A DNA stretch of 62,760 nt, the filler included, from Sphacelaria rigidula (Eukaryota): the NCBI GenBank assembly GCA_964200075.2. It is 10 parts of 10 records of this genome, joined end to end, with 100 filler letters (N's around TTAATTAATTAA, not from the genome) between each part and the next. Parts side by side here need not be neighbours in the genome. Positions count along the whole stretch, not along the records: positions 25,147 to 31,332 come from CAXNAA020021652.1; positions 31,433 to 37,618 come from CAXNAA020021653.1; positions 37,719 to 43,904 come from CAXNAA020021654.1; 7 more parts are not named here. One strand, written 5' to 3'. A program made the translations under genes and the position numbers. The notes beneath the pieces are model-generated. The model was not told the DNA's origin, did no database searches, and saw only the letters and a program-made list of their open reading frames with translations. Position 1 is the stretch's first letter. Each line of letters opens with the position of its first letter. Shown piece by piece: positions 26,531 to 39,231 of this stretch.

Positions 26531-29500
26531 TGATATCCATGAAGTTTATCCGCAAAACCAAAACGGTTCTCAAAACCTGAGGGAAGGTGGCCGCTTCGGG
26601 TCCAGTTAAACATCCGAAGAAACCATCGAACAGCGATACGTAACTTTTCCGAGATCAGGACCAGGCATGGCTCGAACAACGGAACAGAAATCTGCAAGTT
26701 ACCGTTCGTATTAGAAAACAATGCGTGTGGAACACTGTAAAGCTTGGAAAACACAGATTTTGGTGGAAAGAAACTTCTCCGGGCCCCCATGTGTGTTGTA
26801 TCCGCCTGTAAAAGGCTTCCCTCGTTAATCGATGCCTGGCTGGGGGACAGGAAAGCCGTCCTCCCTCACGTTTCGAGCACCGTTTTGATTTTGCAGATGA
26901 ACTTCATGGATATCAAACTCTACAGCTTTGACAGATGTTGCAACTTCGGCGCATGTTGCTGCGGTGACGATCTCTGAGTGGTCGGAGCGGTAGAGCAAGG
27001 AAAGGTAGCAATGATCCGGTTTCCCTGCCGTTCTGCCGACAGCGTCGCGTGAAAGCCACAAGACCCTTGCTGTCGGCGGTTGATGGCGTGGGTCTCAAAT
27101 GCAACAACAAGTGGTTGACCGTAGAGCACTCTCGTCCCAGCTTGTGATGCATGATCTCCTCACATCGGAATAGTTCTGGAAAGCTACTCGTACTGTACCG
27201 AGGTGTTCAGGCGACCAGCGTGTGCTCCAGATTGCAGCATGGGCGGACTCCTATGCGCCACACTAGCAACAGTTAGGTCACCAGTAGTAGCGTTGACGGG
27301 AAGATTGTCCTATTTTTTCAACGATATGTTTTTCAGCGCACAGAGGCACGTCCTGTCCAAAAGGAGATACAGAGAGAAATCGATCTTCGCGATGGCGACA
27401 GGCAAGAAGAGACGACGGAATCTTTCCGCACGTCGATGTTCTGGCGCATGAAACATTTGGCACATGCTGGTAAGATCGATGATGCCAGTCTCTCGAGAGT
27501 TTTGTAATCACCGAGCGGGAATACACAAGGGACACGGGCGAGGAGCTTCCTCTCTGTCGTTGCTTCTCTCTATGGTGATATCGACATGGACACGCGTGTA
27601 CACCACATTCGTTAGGTGCACCTAGCCACAGCTGCTCAACTACTGCGGACATTTGGGGGCGAAGATGGCTTCACTCGGTCGCAAGTGTTTCGCGTCATCC
27701 CCGCAAAAGAAAAATTCCGCTTCAACCCCATATTTTGTATGAACCTTATTTTCTAGGATTCGCTGTCAATTGTTACCGCCTCAATATCTACGAATAGGTG
27801 TTTCCAAGAAACACATATTTTTCACTTTGCGAAGACTTTCTGGTTCATTATCCATATCATGGGGCTGCCAGCATGTTTACAGAACACCAGAGTACATCAG
27901 GGAACCAACCTTAGCTGGTTTCAAAACCACCTCATTGCGGCGGGGTAGTCGTGTGTAAGCAAAAGCGCCCCCCCCCGAAACAAAGTAGTGCAAGATTGTC
28001 TGCCTGATAATCTGCGATTCGCGCGTGATCTGAAAAAAACACACACACTTCTCGCTTTGCCAATATTCGCTCGTCTATCTCATAGCGTTTATATAGAGTG
28101 TTTGCAGAAAACAAGAATTGCTCGGGGAACTAATCTTGGATAATGTGAGAGCCACTACACCGCACCGGAGTAGTCAGTCGTGTGTGCGCAGATGCCACCA
28201 TGTCCCCCCCCCCCGCCCTCTCAAAAAGAAGAGTGCGTCTCGACCGCCTCTATAAATACAAATTGCGTGTTATGGAAGATACACAACATTTCTCGCTTTG
28301 CCACGGTTCGCTCCTTTGTCACCCGTCTCATAGTAGTGGTGGTCGTGTGTTTTTAAGTAGCCACTTAGATTTCGTTAAACCAATTTCAGCTGGTTTCTGA
28401 ACCAGCTCTCATCGCACCGTTGTCATGAAGCTAGAAGGCGTTTAGGATCAAATCTGGGATTCTGTAGTTGTGGGTCTGATCAAGCTTGACTAGGCCGGAT
28501 GTGAAACTGGAAAAAAGGTACAAGCATGGGTCCTCGAGCCCTCGCCACGGTACTCGCCCGAGTGGGACCGATTGTTAAGCCATTGCTATAGCCGGAGAGC
28601 AGCTGAGAGAGCATTGAAAGGAGCGATAACGAATACGAGTGAACAAGAGTCTTTTGTATCAAGTGGGTATAGCTTACTGCGTGGAACTATTGTAGTGTGA
28701 CCTGATTTCGGACAAAACCTGACCCCTGTCAGGAGATCAACCGGCATCTGACTTGGCCGGCTGCACAAGAGAGTGCATCTCGCCTAAAACTATGGTGTTC
28801 GACTTGGAGTATTTGCTTGCTAGCTTGTTTTCCCTTTCCAAAGTAGAGCAGTTGTTCGCTAATCTACTGTTTATACTGTCCTCTAGTTGCTGTTTTCCCC
28901 CTCTTGCTGTAGCTTTGTCTTGCAATTTGTTTCTTGAGTAATTTGCTTTTCATTCGCTTATAGATGTTTACACGGTACCGTACACGTACACCCACAGTTG
29001 CCCCAACGGAGTTTTATCTGCTGATTCGTTCCGTGCAGCGATTTTCGGTAGCACGCTTTTGCTTGAAACGCGTTCTGCACTCGCTTCTCGACGCGCTACT
29101 TCTACTGCGTTCGCACTGTCTCCTCTGCGACCTTTTCTTTGGCAGCGCAACCTTACTGTATCGGCGACTCGACGGTAAAGCTGTACTCTTTTGCTTTTTC
29201 TTGGTGCCAGAAACCTATCTGACCCATTCTGTTTAACAGATACTCATTGTTTTCGGCAGACATTCCCGAATTTGCTCCACTTTCACCATCCCATCTGCCC
29301 ACACGCTTTTTTTTTTTGGGCAGTGCACACCTGCACTTACTAGCTACCGAATTGCTATTGTTTCTAACCGCTGTTTCTGTATCGTGCGACGTTGAAACTC
29401 GGCGATCGTGGTCAATCCCGTACAATTTGGATCCCGGCAGTTCAACTTTGTCTACTGCCTCCGCCGCCTTTTGCAGGGTGTTCCGCTGGACCATTTGTAA

Positions 29501-31186
29501 TTGCCCCGCACCCACCTAGGCTGCACTATTACAGGCTGCCTTCCCGATTTTTATACCACTTTTCGGTTTCAAGTGGCGTTTGAATCAGACATTCAGTGAT
29601 TGCTTTTTATTGGTCCTCTGCCCCTGTATTGTGGCGATTAGATACCCTATCGCACATTCGTGATTCAAGAATAAATAAATAAAATGAACGAAATAAAATA
29701 AAATCACGTTTTGGCTTTCGCTTCTTGCTCTGGGTTCTCTGAACGTATCGCTCTGTAGACGCTGCATACGCTTCACACATGTCGCAACGTATCAATACCG
29801 CTTCTTCCCCCAAAACGGGGGCTACGCCGCCTTGCCGTACGCGGAGACAAACTAAGGGATCTTATAGTTTTTCCGGACCCGATGCTGATTCTTCTTCAGC
29901 CCTACGGAAACCAGCCTCGAGCGCTGCTTGATCCATCGGTTTTGAAGACCAACCCGTGCATTTCTCATCGCCCCCTCCCAGCTCCGATTCCGATACTCGG
30001 ATTCCCGCACCCTTCCGACCCTCCCTCATCATCCCACCCGTGACCACTCCTCGCAGACACGCCCTGTGCCCCAACCCTTCACGACGCCGGTGGCACCCGT
30101 CGTAGCACACACCCCATCGGACGTAGCCGTCGGCACTGGACCCACCTTGACACACGCTGTGTCCCACCCCTCAACCACGCTGGTGTTACCCGTGGCCCCA
30201 ACCCAACCCCCAACCACGCTTGTGGCATCCGTGGTCTCTACCCCACCCTCTGACTCCACTGCCGGCGCGGATCTCGTCATACAAGCTTCAGTCCAAGATC
30301 TTTCCGTCGTCCAGGTGGCACCCAGATCCTGTAGACTCTAGCCATCATTGTTACCTGGGTTAGGGACATTTGTAGGTGGAGTTGCGGGTCTGGTTGCCGG
30401 ACTCTGTGATGGTGACCTCCATGACGAGTAGGCTAGATTTTTGCCACTCTGGTGGAGAGAGGCTATGGCCATCTTCTCCTGTACTATGCTGAGGGTTAAT
30501 ACATAAATAACTAAAGCTGCTGAAGTCCATGTGCCCGTGATGGGAGGACTCCACATGGCAATCTGATCTTGAGTGACAGAAGTCTACAATGAGCGTTCAT
30601 TAAGTCCGCTGACTAACGGTAGGTCCGCTAAAAAGCAGCTGACACTTCAAGATAGGGAAGTCTGCAGGCCTGATCAGTTTGCAGCAAACAAGACCAGCTC
30701 AAGGCGTGCTAACTTCGCGAGGAGTTGAAGAAGTAGAGCCGGGGAGGTTCTGAGGCAGTGCTGGGGTTGGCTGTGGTATCGCTCGTGCGAGAGGTGCGGA
30801 GGGTTGACCGACAGCTGGCGAGCCCGTGCACGTTCCAGAAAAGCGGCGAAATTACTACCTGGTGGAGCCAGCGAGAGTTGCCTGTTCCACGCTTGGCCAG
30901 GTACGGTGAGGAAGAGGAGTCTAAGGACTTAAAGACGTGGTGAGAACGGCGTGAGGAAGAGGCGTGTGTGGTCGTCGTCGTAAGGTGGCACAGCGCGTCT
31001 CGGTATAAGGAGAGAGCCGTTGTTCCTGTGAGTGGGAGGCGACTTCGTTTTCAAAAAGGCGTGTAACAACAAATTGTGCGAATTGAGGTTAAACTTCGAG
31101 ATGAGGTTCAAGCCTAAAACAGTGATTTCCCCACACTTTCAGCGATGGTGCTCAATGATGTTTTTGTCGACCTAGTACCCCTCGAT

Positions 31187-31332
31187 CGCGTTGATACTTT
31201 TTCAGCGCAATTCACCGACTCTGTGAGCTTACAGCGCTGACCGAAACCGTCATTTGTCAGGGAAAATGACGGTTTCGGTCAGCGCTGTAAGCTCACAGAG
31301 TCGGCGAATTGCACTGAAGAAATATCTACGCG
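31187..31332. repeat. Near-perfect long palindrome (centre of a foldback element) running into the contig end
   Basis: About 41-bp perfect arms CCGACTCTGTGAGCTTACAGCGCTGACCGAAACCGTCATTT with a short loop; imperfect pairing extends to ~70 bp. Confidence 0.9.
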
Positions 31333-31783
31333 NNNNNNNNNNNNNNNNNNNNNNNNNNNNNNNNNNNNNNNNNNNNTTAATTAATTAANNNNNNNNNNNN
31401 NNNNNNNNNNNNNNNNNNNNNNNNNNNNNNNNAAAATACGCCCCCAGTCTCTAGCTGTTCGGTATTTTCGGTGGACCGACTCGATCCGGATAATATAAAC
31501 CAAGACTCAGAAAGGATTGTTTTTTGGAATTCCACCTAGTCACTGCGCTAAAGCAGGAAAACTATGTTCCTTGGACCATTTACGGTCAGTAACACCCTCT
31601 TGATAAACGGGGTCTTTGCCCGGTATCACCCCAACAACACCAACTTCGGTGATTGTGATTTGAGCACGGTTTGTCTTTTTTGCCAAAACTATCGACGCTA
31701 GCACTTTCGAGTGCTCATGGAAAATGTTATGCGAAAAAACGCCGAAAATAGTCCATCCGCGAAAAATGCTAGACTGAGGTCTG

Positions 31784-31994
31784 TGTAATGCGTGAGAGGA
31801 CCGCGGGCTTAGAGGACCGCATCGGAATCTGATCACCTCTATAGTTGGGGTTAGGGTCAGGGTTTGTGTTGAGGTTATAGTCAGGGGCGTGGTACCTGCA
31901 AGGACTGGCCCGATCGGTTTTGAAAAACGTCGATCCTCAGGTGTTTTTGACTACGGCGCAGTCCTCTAAGCACGCGGTCCTCTCACGCATTACA
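31784..31994. mobile_element. MITE with TGT...ACA termini and 5-bp TSD
   Basis: TIR TGTAATGCGTGAGAGGACCGCG.GCTTAGAGGAC; TSD GTCTG at 31779-31783 and 31995-31999; internal TTAGGG-like tract. Confidence 0.85.
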
Positions 31995-32653
31995 GTCTGT
32001 GCAGTATAGAAGGGAAACACGATCTCGATCTTTATTATGAAGAATTTTATACATACTAATTTCTCTGAATATTTACCGTTTCGTCGCTGAAGAGCCGGAA
32101 AATTGCTTACATTGGCCCAAAAACGGTCAATAACAACCTCCTGATAAACGGGGTATCAAGTCCGTATCGCCCCAAAAATACCAACGTGAGCACTGCAGTT
32201 TGAGCGCGGCCTACGCTTTCTCCCTAAATCTACCGGCGCTAGCACTTTCGAGTAGTAGTGAAGAACGGTACTCCAGACAAACCCAGAAAAAAGGACAGCT
32301 ACGAATTCTGATAACTTCTGATGATGCTGACTACTATAGCGATATACTGTAGCGCGTGACGTGATATCCCGCCTACATATATGCCGCAGATACAAGCGGC
32401 TGCGTTCAGTGTGTGGCGAACTACGTGGGACAACGCGAAATCAATGCAGGACAGGGATAGGCTGAGGATGTCACGTCCTGCGGTGTGCTTTGTCACCCTG
32501 CACCCTACCGCTGTGCAGTGAGCGGGTTGTACCGCGGAATGCGTCACGATGCGGTTGGTACACAGTAGTGTCGACTCCACAGCCCTAGGGTAACCTCCGA
32601 ACTAAATAAACCAAAACGCACCGAATCAAATTACAATCGAGGAGAGTTATTTT

Positions 32654-33978
32654 CACACGTCGGACAGATCAGCTCCCTATAGCTCGAGCTAGCTTTTTTT
32701 AGTGTAGCTCCCTAGTGAGCTATGAGAGCTACATGAGCTACGCACGTTTTTGTTGGGGTAAGCTATGAGAGCTGCATGAGCTACGCATGTTCGCCCTGGA
32801 TGAGCTAGCTACCAATCCGTAGCCCACCAGCTCATATTCGCCGTCGGTGAGCTATGAGAGCTGCATGAGCTACGCATGTTCGCCCTGGATGAGCTAGCTA
32901 CCAATCCGTAGCCCACCAGCTCATATTCGCCGTCGGTGAGCTATGAGAGCTGCATGAGCTACGCATGTTTGCCACGGATGATCTATGAGAGATGCATGAG
33001 CCTCACATGTTTGCCCTTGATGAGCTATGAGCGACGCATGAGCTACAAATGTTTGCCCTGGATGAGCTATGAGATCTACGGGAGCTACGCATGATTGCAC
33101 TGGCTGAGCTAAAGAGCTACGGCAGTTATGCCGATCTTGCAGTTGTTTCTGTTCCGATGCTCATGCACGTTGATACTGTACGTACGTGACAACGGTTAGA
33201 TGTTAGATGTGCACCCACCTGTTCCGTTTCGTGTAGCGATGGATTTGCTTCTTGTAAACATCAACAATCAACATGGCTGCATCAGCAGTCATCCGCATTA
33301 TGGCCACCACATACACACACAACAACAGACGCACACACATCCACACACACACAATTCGCCCTGCATGGCGACCACGGGGGGCAGCAGCTGTAGCCGCACT
33401 TCAGTCGGAAATGAAGCCGTGCATCTGGATCCTTCGCGACAGGCGATCGATGTAGAAGACGGGATTACACTTACTCACATGAGTACATGTTTGCCTTGGG
33501 TGAGCTGTAAGAAGTGCGTGAGCTACACATGTTTTTCCGGAGTGAGCTAGAAGAGCTAGGTGATCTACGCATATTTGTGTTTTCTCTGGGTGAGCTGTGA
33601 GAGCTACATGAACTGCACATGTTTGCCCTGGGTGAGCTATCAACCCGTGGCTCATCAGATCATATTCGCCCTGAGAGCTATGGGATATGTATGAGTTACG
33701 CGCGTTTGCGATAGGTGAGCTACCAACCCGTAGCCCATCAGCTCAGATTCGCCCGGGGTGAGCTATGAGAGCTACATGAGCTACGCATGTTTCTCCTGGG
33801 TGAGCTACCAACCCGTAGCTCACCAGCTCATATTCGCCCTGGGTGAGCTACCAACTCGTAGCTCATCAGCGCACGTATACCTTGTGTTGAGCTATCGGAC
33901 GTAGCTCACATGTACATTTTTTACTACAGGTGAGCTACCGCCCGCAGATGAGTTGGCTCATGAGCTATCCTACGTGTG
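32654..33978. mobile_element. Non-autonomous element filled with GAGCTA(C) minisatellite arrays; CACACGT...ACGTGTG termini; 8-bp TSD
   Basis: TSD GTTATTTT at 32646-32653 and 33979-33986; ~40-nt units (TGAGCTATGAGAGCTGCATGAGCTACGCATGTTCGCCCTGG) flank a unique core at ~33125-33470. Confidence 0.85.
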
Positions 33979-34489
33979 GTTATTTTCGAGCAACATGCGC
34001 GCTAGCGTTTTCCGTGTTGTCGACATCGTGCCAGCGCGCTTGTGCACTGAAGCGCTGTACTTCCCTGTGGCAACCCGTCACGGTAGTGCTCCTCACGTTT
34101 CATCACGCTTTACTCGAAAACACGTAGAAAAGATGGCAGCTAGTCCATCGTTGTTGCACTTGGATTATGGTGAACCAGTTGTTTTTCGATAGAACCCCCC
34201 CATGCTGAACGTTGTACCAAATAGTATACCGTACCAGTTCAAAAACGGATAAGCATCGTATATACGCCACCGACATGCTCTGGTCATCATGAACTGCGTA
34301 CGAGGCGCGGGAAGCGTACTTTTTGTCAGGGAATGCTAGCACGCAACCATACTGAAAAATATATATTATGAAACATGTGATTCGAACGAGACACAAGGCC
34401 AAACATTAACAAAATGATGAATACCTGGGTGTTTTGGTACTGAAACCCGTCCACCAGTCCCTCCACTGCCTACCGTACGAAGATAGCGA

Positions 34490-34730
34490 GGGACGAATCG
34501 GTGATTCGTCCGGAAATTGTTCGATGTTTAGTGTAATTGATTCGTACCGTATGCATCAATCCGCAAGCTTTGGTTTCAGCCTTGCAACCCAGGTACGCGT
34601 AGCCCACGCACGTGGAATGGCGCAAAAGTTGCGTGAAGAGCTGTTTGACCAGCGGTCGACCTTTTTCTCTCTTTCGAGCAATCAGGCCTAAGAAATCGTG
34701 GATGTGGTGATTCAAATCGGCCATGATTCG
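34490..34730. repeat. Dispersed repeat; inverted copy at ~55850-56080
   Basis: GCACGTGGAATGGCGCAAAA.TTGCGTG.AGA...TTGACCAGCGG...TTTTTCTCTCTTTCGAGCAATCAG shared. Confidence 0.75.
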
Positions 34731-35176
34731 TCTGAACCATGGAAGATGGATACCACGTGTAAGATACACAATAGGTCACGGGCAGACCATTTCACTTGAG
34801 AGTAGAAGGGCCCAGCCGAGACCACTCCGGCTGCACCGCCGAAATCCGAGACGGCAACGTCACGAACACCGAAATAGACTGAACTTGAAAGCCCCCTGGA
34901 CACAGGGCAATTCATATCATAAAAATGACGGCCAGGACAGAAACAATAACATCCGGTTCAAGATTCACCGAACCGCCGGAAATCAGCTATTAAAATTACA
35001 AAACTCCGAACCACGGGAAATCGAATCAAACAAACACAGCAGGACCAACGAAAAAAGCGTCGTACGGATGGCTGCAGACAGGTAACAACATACACAGCGT
35101 CTATGATCGTTGTTGATTGAAATCGAAGCAAAGAAAGGCCTGCGAAATGAGCGCCGGGCGGTAAGCTGCAAATTGT

Positions 35177-36533
35177 TGGGCTGTGAACTGGACCAGTTTG
35201 TACTGGCAGTTAAACTAGAACTGGAGTATAAGTGGAACTGGTGATGGTGACTCCAGTTTATCCAGTTTATTTGAAGTTTGCCGTTACCGGCTATGATGAT
35301 ACCATTTTTAGTATGGCGAGTTTATCACAAAGCTAACATGATTACGTACAAAATTACAGTAGAATTGAGGTCTGCACCTGAGAACAGTGCAGGTACAGAC
35401 AGTACAGTACAGTACTCGTGGTCACTACACCTCGAAGTGATATTGCGGATTTATGCCATGTGTGTCGTTTCACAGCAAATGTGGAATCAAAAATAGCAAG
35501 CAAACGGTGATCCGCGACCACAAAATACAAAGTACACCATGGCTTGCAATTCAAAAGCATGCGTGCTTGTGGGTCCGGACGTGAATCATTTTGCGCTCTT
35601 ATCCCCGCGTGCTGCCAGCCTTGTCTTGTTTACATCCTCCTCTCCTCACGGAGAGTTTGCTGCTGCATATTAGAGGTGAATGGTTTTTGAATCGCCCACC
35701 GCTTTGAATGGGATTTGAATGCCATCCGAAAGTGCCCAAAAATACAATCCGAGAACCCATGCCCCTTTTTTCAATGCTGAAACTTTTCGGTGGGGGGGGG
35801 GGGGGGATACTGAATGCCATACATGAAAAAGAAATGAAAATTCGAAAATAAAGTAGACTAGAGAGTATGTAAACAATAATATCGTGTTAATGAAGCCTTG
35901 ATTCTTCGCATACCTTCGGGGCCAAGTAAGGCCAAGTCATATTTATGGGTTTCGGCAATCCGTTGCACATCACACTTCCACTACAAGGACAAGACCAGAC
36001 AAATACCACAATGCTCTGCAGTGCTTGCTCAATCCAGCTGAACGCATCTATCTGCACCGTCAATTTGCGTCCACTGTGCGTCGCACCTTCTAGTGGTAGA
36101 TAGGGCCAGCAATCATGGGCGCTACCTTACCCAAGTCGCCCCCAAATGGCTGTTTATTAAGTGTTTCTTCATGTACAATGAAAAAATGTACGACCGCCGG
36201 AGGGGGGTGGGATACATCGGGTCTCGGAGGTTATTTTGGGCACTCCTGTGTCATCTATCGTAAGACTTTCGGCTCCTCAATGTGAGGGGTCACAATTCCT
36301 ACAATTTACCACATTTTTGAACGAAAAACAAGCCAAACAACGCAATCTTTCTCGCCTCTGGCGGCGCTCCCGCGGGGGCCCCTCATCAGCCGGGGGGGGG
36401 GCATTGGCGGCGAGCGGCGCCAATTGTTTCGTAGTTAATCGGCTTCGCCGATGAACTGGAAAATAATTGATGTACTGGTCACTCCAGCGGCCAGTTGAAA
36501 CTTAACTGGCCAGAGCAACCAGTTCACAGCCCA
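35177..36533. mobile_element. Non-autonomous TIR element with AACTGG subterminal repeats; second, truncated copy at 36733-~37295
   Basis: TGGGCTGTGAACTGG ... CCAGTTCACAGCCCA; 9-bp TSD with one mismatch (GCAAATTGT/GCAATTTGT); ~550-bp direct repeat of its left end downstream. Confidence 0.8.
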
Positions 36534-37471
36534 GCAATTTGTTTTCTTTCTTTCTTACGCTCTTACTGATTGGACGCCTACGATGAAAGAAAACCTCATC
36601 GCGTTACCGCTTCAGTATAAGTGTTTCAATGTGTCGCACATATAGCTGGGTCAACGTGGAATCTTGTCCTCGTCTAAGGTGAACGGTGATGGAAAATCAT
36701 TGCACAACCTGATCAATTTCACGTTATTATGTGGGGCTGTGAACTGGACCAGTTTATACTGGCAGTTAAACTGGAACTGGAGTTAAACTGGAACTGGAGT
36801 TTAAGTGGAACTGGTGATGGTGACTCCAGTTTATCCAGTTTATTTGAAGTTTGCCGTTACCGGCTATGATCATACCATTTTTAGTATGGTGAGTTTATGA
36901 CAGAGTGCTTACATGATTACGAACATAGGGACAGTAGGATTGAGGTCTACACCTGACAACAGTACAGGTACAGTACAGTACACGTGGTCACTACACCTCG
37001 AAGTGATATTGCGGACATATGCCACATTTATCGCTTCATAGCAAATGTGGAATCAAAAATAGCAAACAAGCGGTATTTCGCGACCACAAAATACAAGGTA
37101 CACCATGGCTTGCGATTCAAATGCATGCGTGCTTGTGGGTCCGGACGTGAATCATTTTGCGCTCTTATCCCCGCGTGCTGCCAGCCTTGTCTTGTTCGCA
37201 TCCTCCTCTCCTCACGGACAGTCTGCTGCTGCATATTACAGAGGAACGGTTTTTGAATCGCCCACCGCTTTGAATGAAATTTGAATGTCATCCGAGAGTG
37301 ATGCGACGGTAGGGGTACACGACTGTTTTTTGAGGTTAGAATCGTTAGGAGCCCTTAATCTTATCCAAAACACGACTTATGAAGATATGCGAGAATACGC
37401 CAGGATTACTGTTCTAATGTGCCGGAGGTTATTATTATTATTATCACTATCATTATCATTATTATTATTAT

Positions 37472-37518
<47 letters not shown>

Positions 37519-37519
37519 A

Positions 37520-37611
<92 letters not shown>

Positions 37612-39023
37612 TTACTATNNNNNNNNNNNNNNNNNNNNNNNNNNNNNNNNNNNNNNNNNNNNTTAATTAATTAANNNNNNNNNNNNNNNNNNNNNNNNNN
37701 NNNNNNNNNNNNNNNNNNCTTGCGAATCCCGAGCCTATTGGACGAAACGAATGGAATTTCGATGGCGACTTCAAACTCACCCGAATGTTGAACCTCAAAA
37801 ACGAATCCAGGCTGTTAATGGCTATCGATGTATACAACCCAGAATCTATTACGGGACACGATGCCCACCGATGTCGAGTGATCTTTTTCTATTGCAATTG
37901 ACATAGGCTATCGATGGACTATTACATCATCTATTGTCCCTTGCAATACATATCAATGGATGTGTTTCACCATCTACCGTGTTCGACAATATATATATAC
38001 ATATATATCGATAGATTTTTCCCCGTGTCTATTGCTGAAGCAATGAACTATTCTTGTGTCCGTTGTCCAGGGTGTGTTCCAGTGTCCGTCTCGCTGGCTG
38101 AAATTGATCATATATGAAGTAATCAGCCGGTTAGGTCATGGTTTCAGCGACGGTACCGACCCCCGTCGTGATCACCAGTCGATTCACTCCTTGGCTTTTC
38201 GCATCAAAAACTTGGCGATAAGCACATCAAATCAGCTCGTCCACGAACCATTTCGGAAACACCGGTATGGACCCGTTACGTCGACCCCATCATTCGCACT
38301 GACTTGATCCGCCCCTGTGAGGATACGCGTCAATCTTCTGGCGTTTGGTTTCATGAACATACTGGGTATCCCGAGTGGGTGGAAAGTGTTTCGTAGGCAA
38401 AGGGTGCGTTGCCAGACCTCAAATCGGCGCCCCTGGTGCCGATTTTGACAAAAATGCGTTCTGCGCAAGCTAGGAGCACGCTTCGAGCATAGCCCCATCA
38501 AAGATCCGGATTCCGCTGTCCACACAAAACTCAAATCGAACTATATGAGAATTTTCTTACGAGTCATGTTACGATAGGGGGGGGGGGGGTATTTTGGGCC
38601 GTTTTGTTCCACGAAATTCTACTTGGAATCGTCGTTAAAAAAAGCAGCAATGGTTGTTCAAACGCGCTTGCTCTCGATGAATAACGCTCATTCATACCGC
38701 TTGACACCGCTTTTACACAAATACAAGCGCACCGCGAGTGTGTTAGGTCGTATGAAGTATTCATGAGTTCATTTTTTCGTGGAATCAAACACCCCCGCCC
38801 TATCGTAGCATGACTCTTACCCTCCCAAGTGGTAAACTATACTACCCGCGACCGATTGCGTACCCATATATTTGATGCGCACCTGTGAGAACCATTTCAC
38901 AAACAGCAATGCTTTCGTGAGATTAAGAGTTCAAGATATGATTGAGAGTGACCATTTTTTTTCGAACGGCGGTCACACGCACCTTTCAACTTGTTACACG
39001 ACACGTTGGCTTCTAGCATAATA

Positions 39024-39231
39024 GAGGTATCTCGAACTCGGCTCCCGGTATCCTGGTTTATTCTCAGGCTCTGAGTTGTGTACTTTTTTTTCAACTGAAA
39101 ATGACCGCGATTTGTAGGAGGAACTGACCTGGCGGTGAGAGGGCCTCGTCATCTGATGAATCGCCATCAATTTCACTTGAAGAAATCGAACAAAACAAAC
39201 CAGGATACCGGGAGCCGAGTTTGAGATACCT
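39024..39231. mobile_element. MITE with ~36-bp TIR (GAG termini)
   Basis: GAGGTATCTCGAACTCGGCTCCCGGTATCCTGGTTT ... AAACCAGGATACCGGGAGCCGAGTTTGAGATACCTC. Confidence 0.8.

Noticed and set aside
27700..31130. Long protein-like stretches (Pro/Thr-rich ORF at 30066-30341, WWSQRELPVPRLAR motif)
   Set aside because: Frames are riddled with stops and show no diagnostic motif; probably decayed TE coding sequence that I cannot classify.
32700..33970. CRISPR-like repeat array
   Set aside because: Units are tandem degenerate repeats without unique spacers, there are no cas genes, and the array sits inside a TSD-flanked eukaryotic transposon.
37285..37674. Poly-Leu/Val and poly-Ile/Ser ORFs (also 7186-7425, 57948-58304)
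   Set aside because: These are translations of trinucleotide microsatellites.
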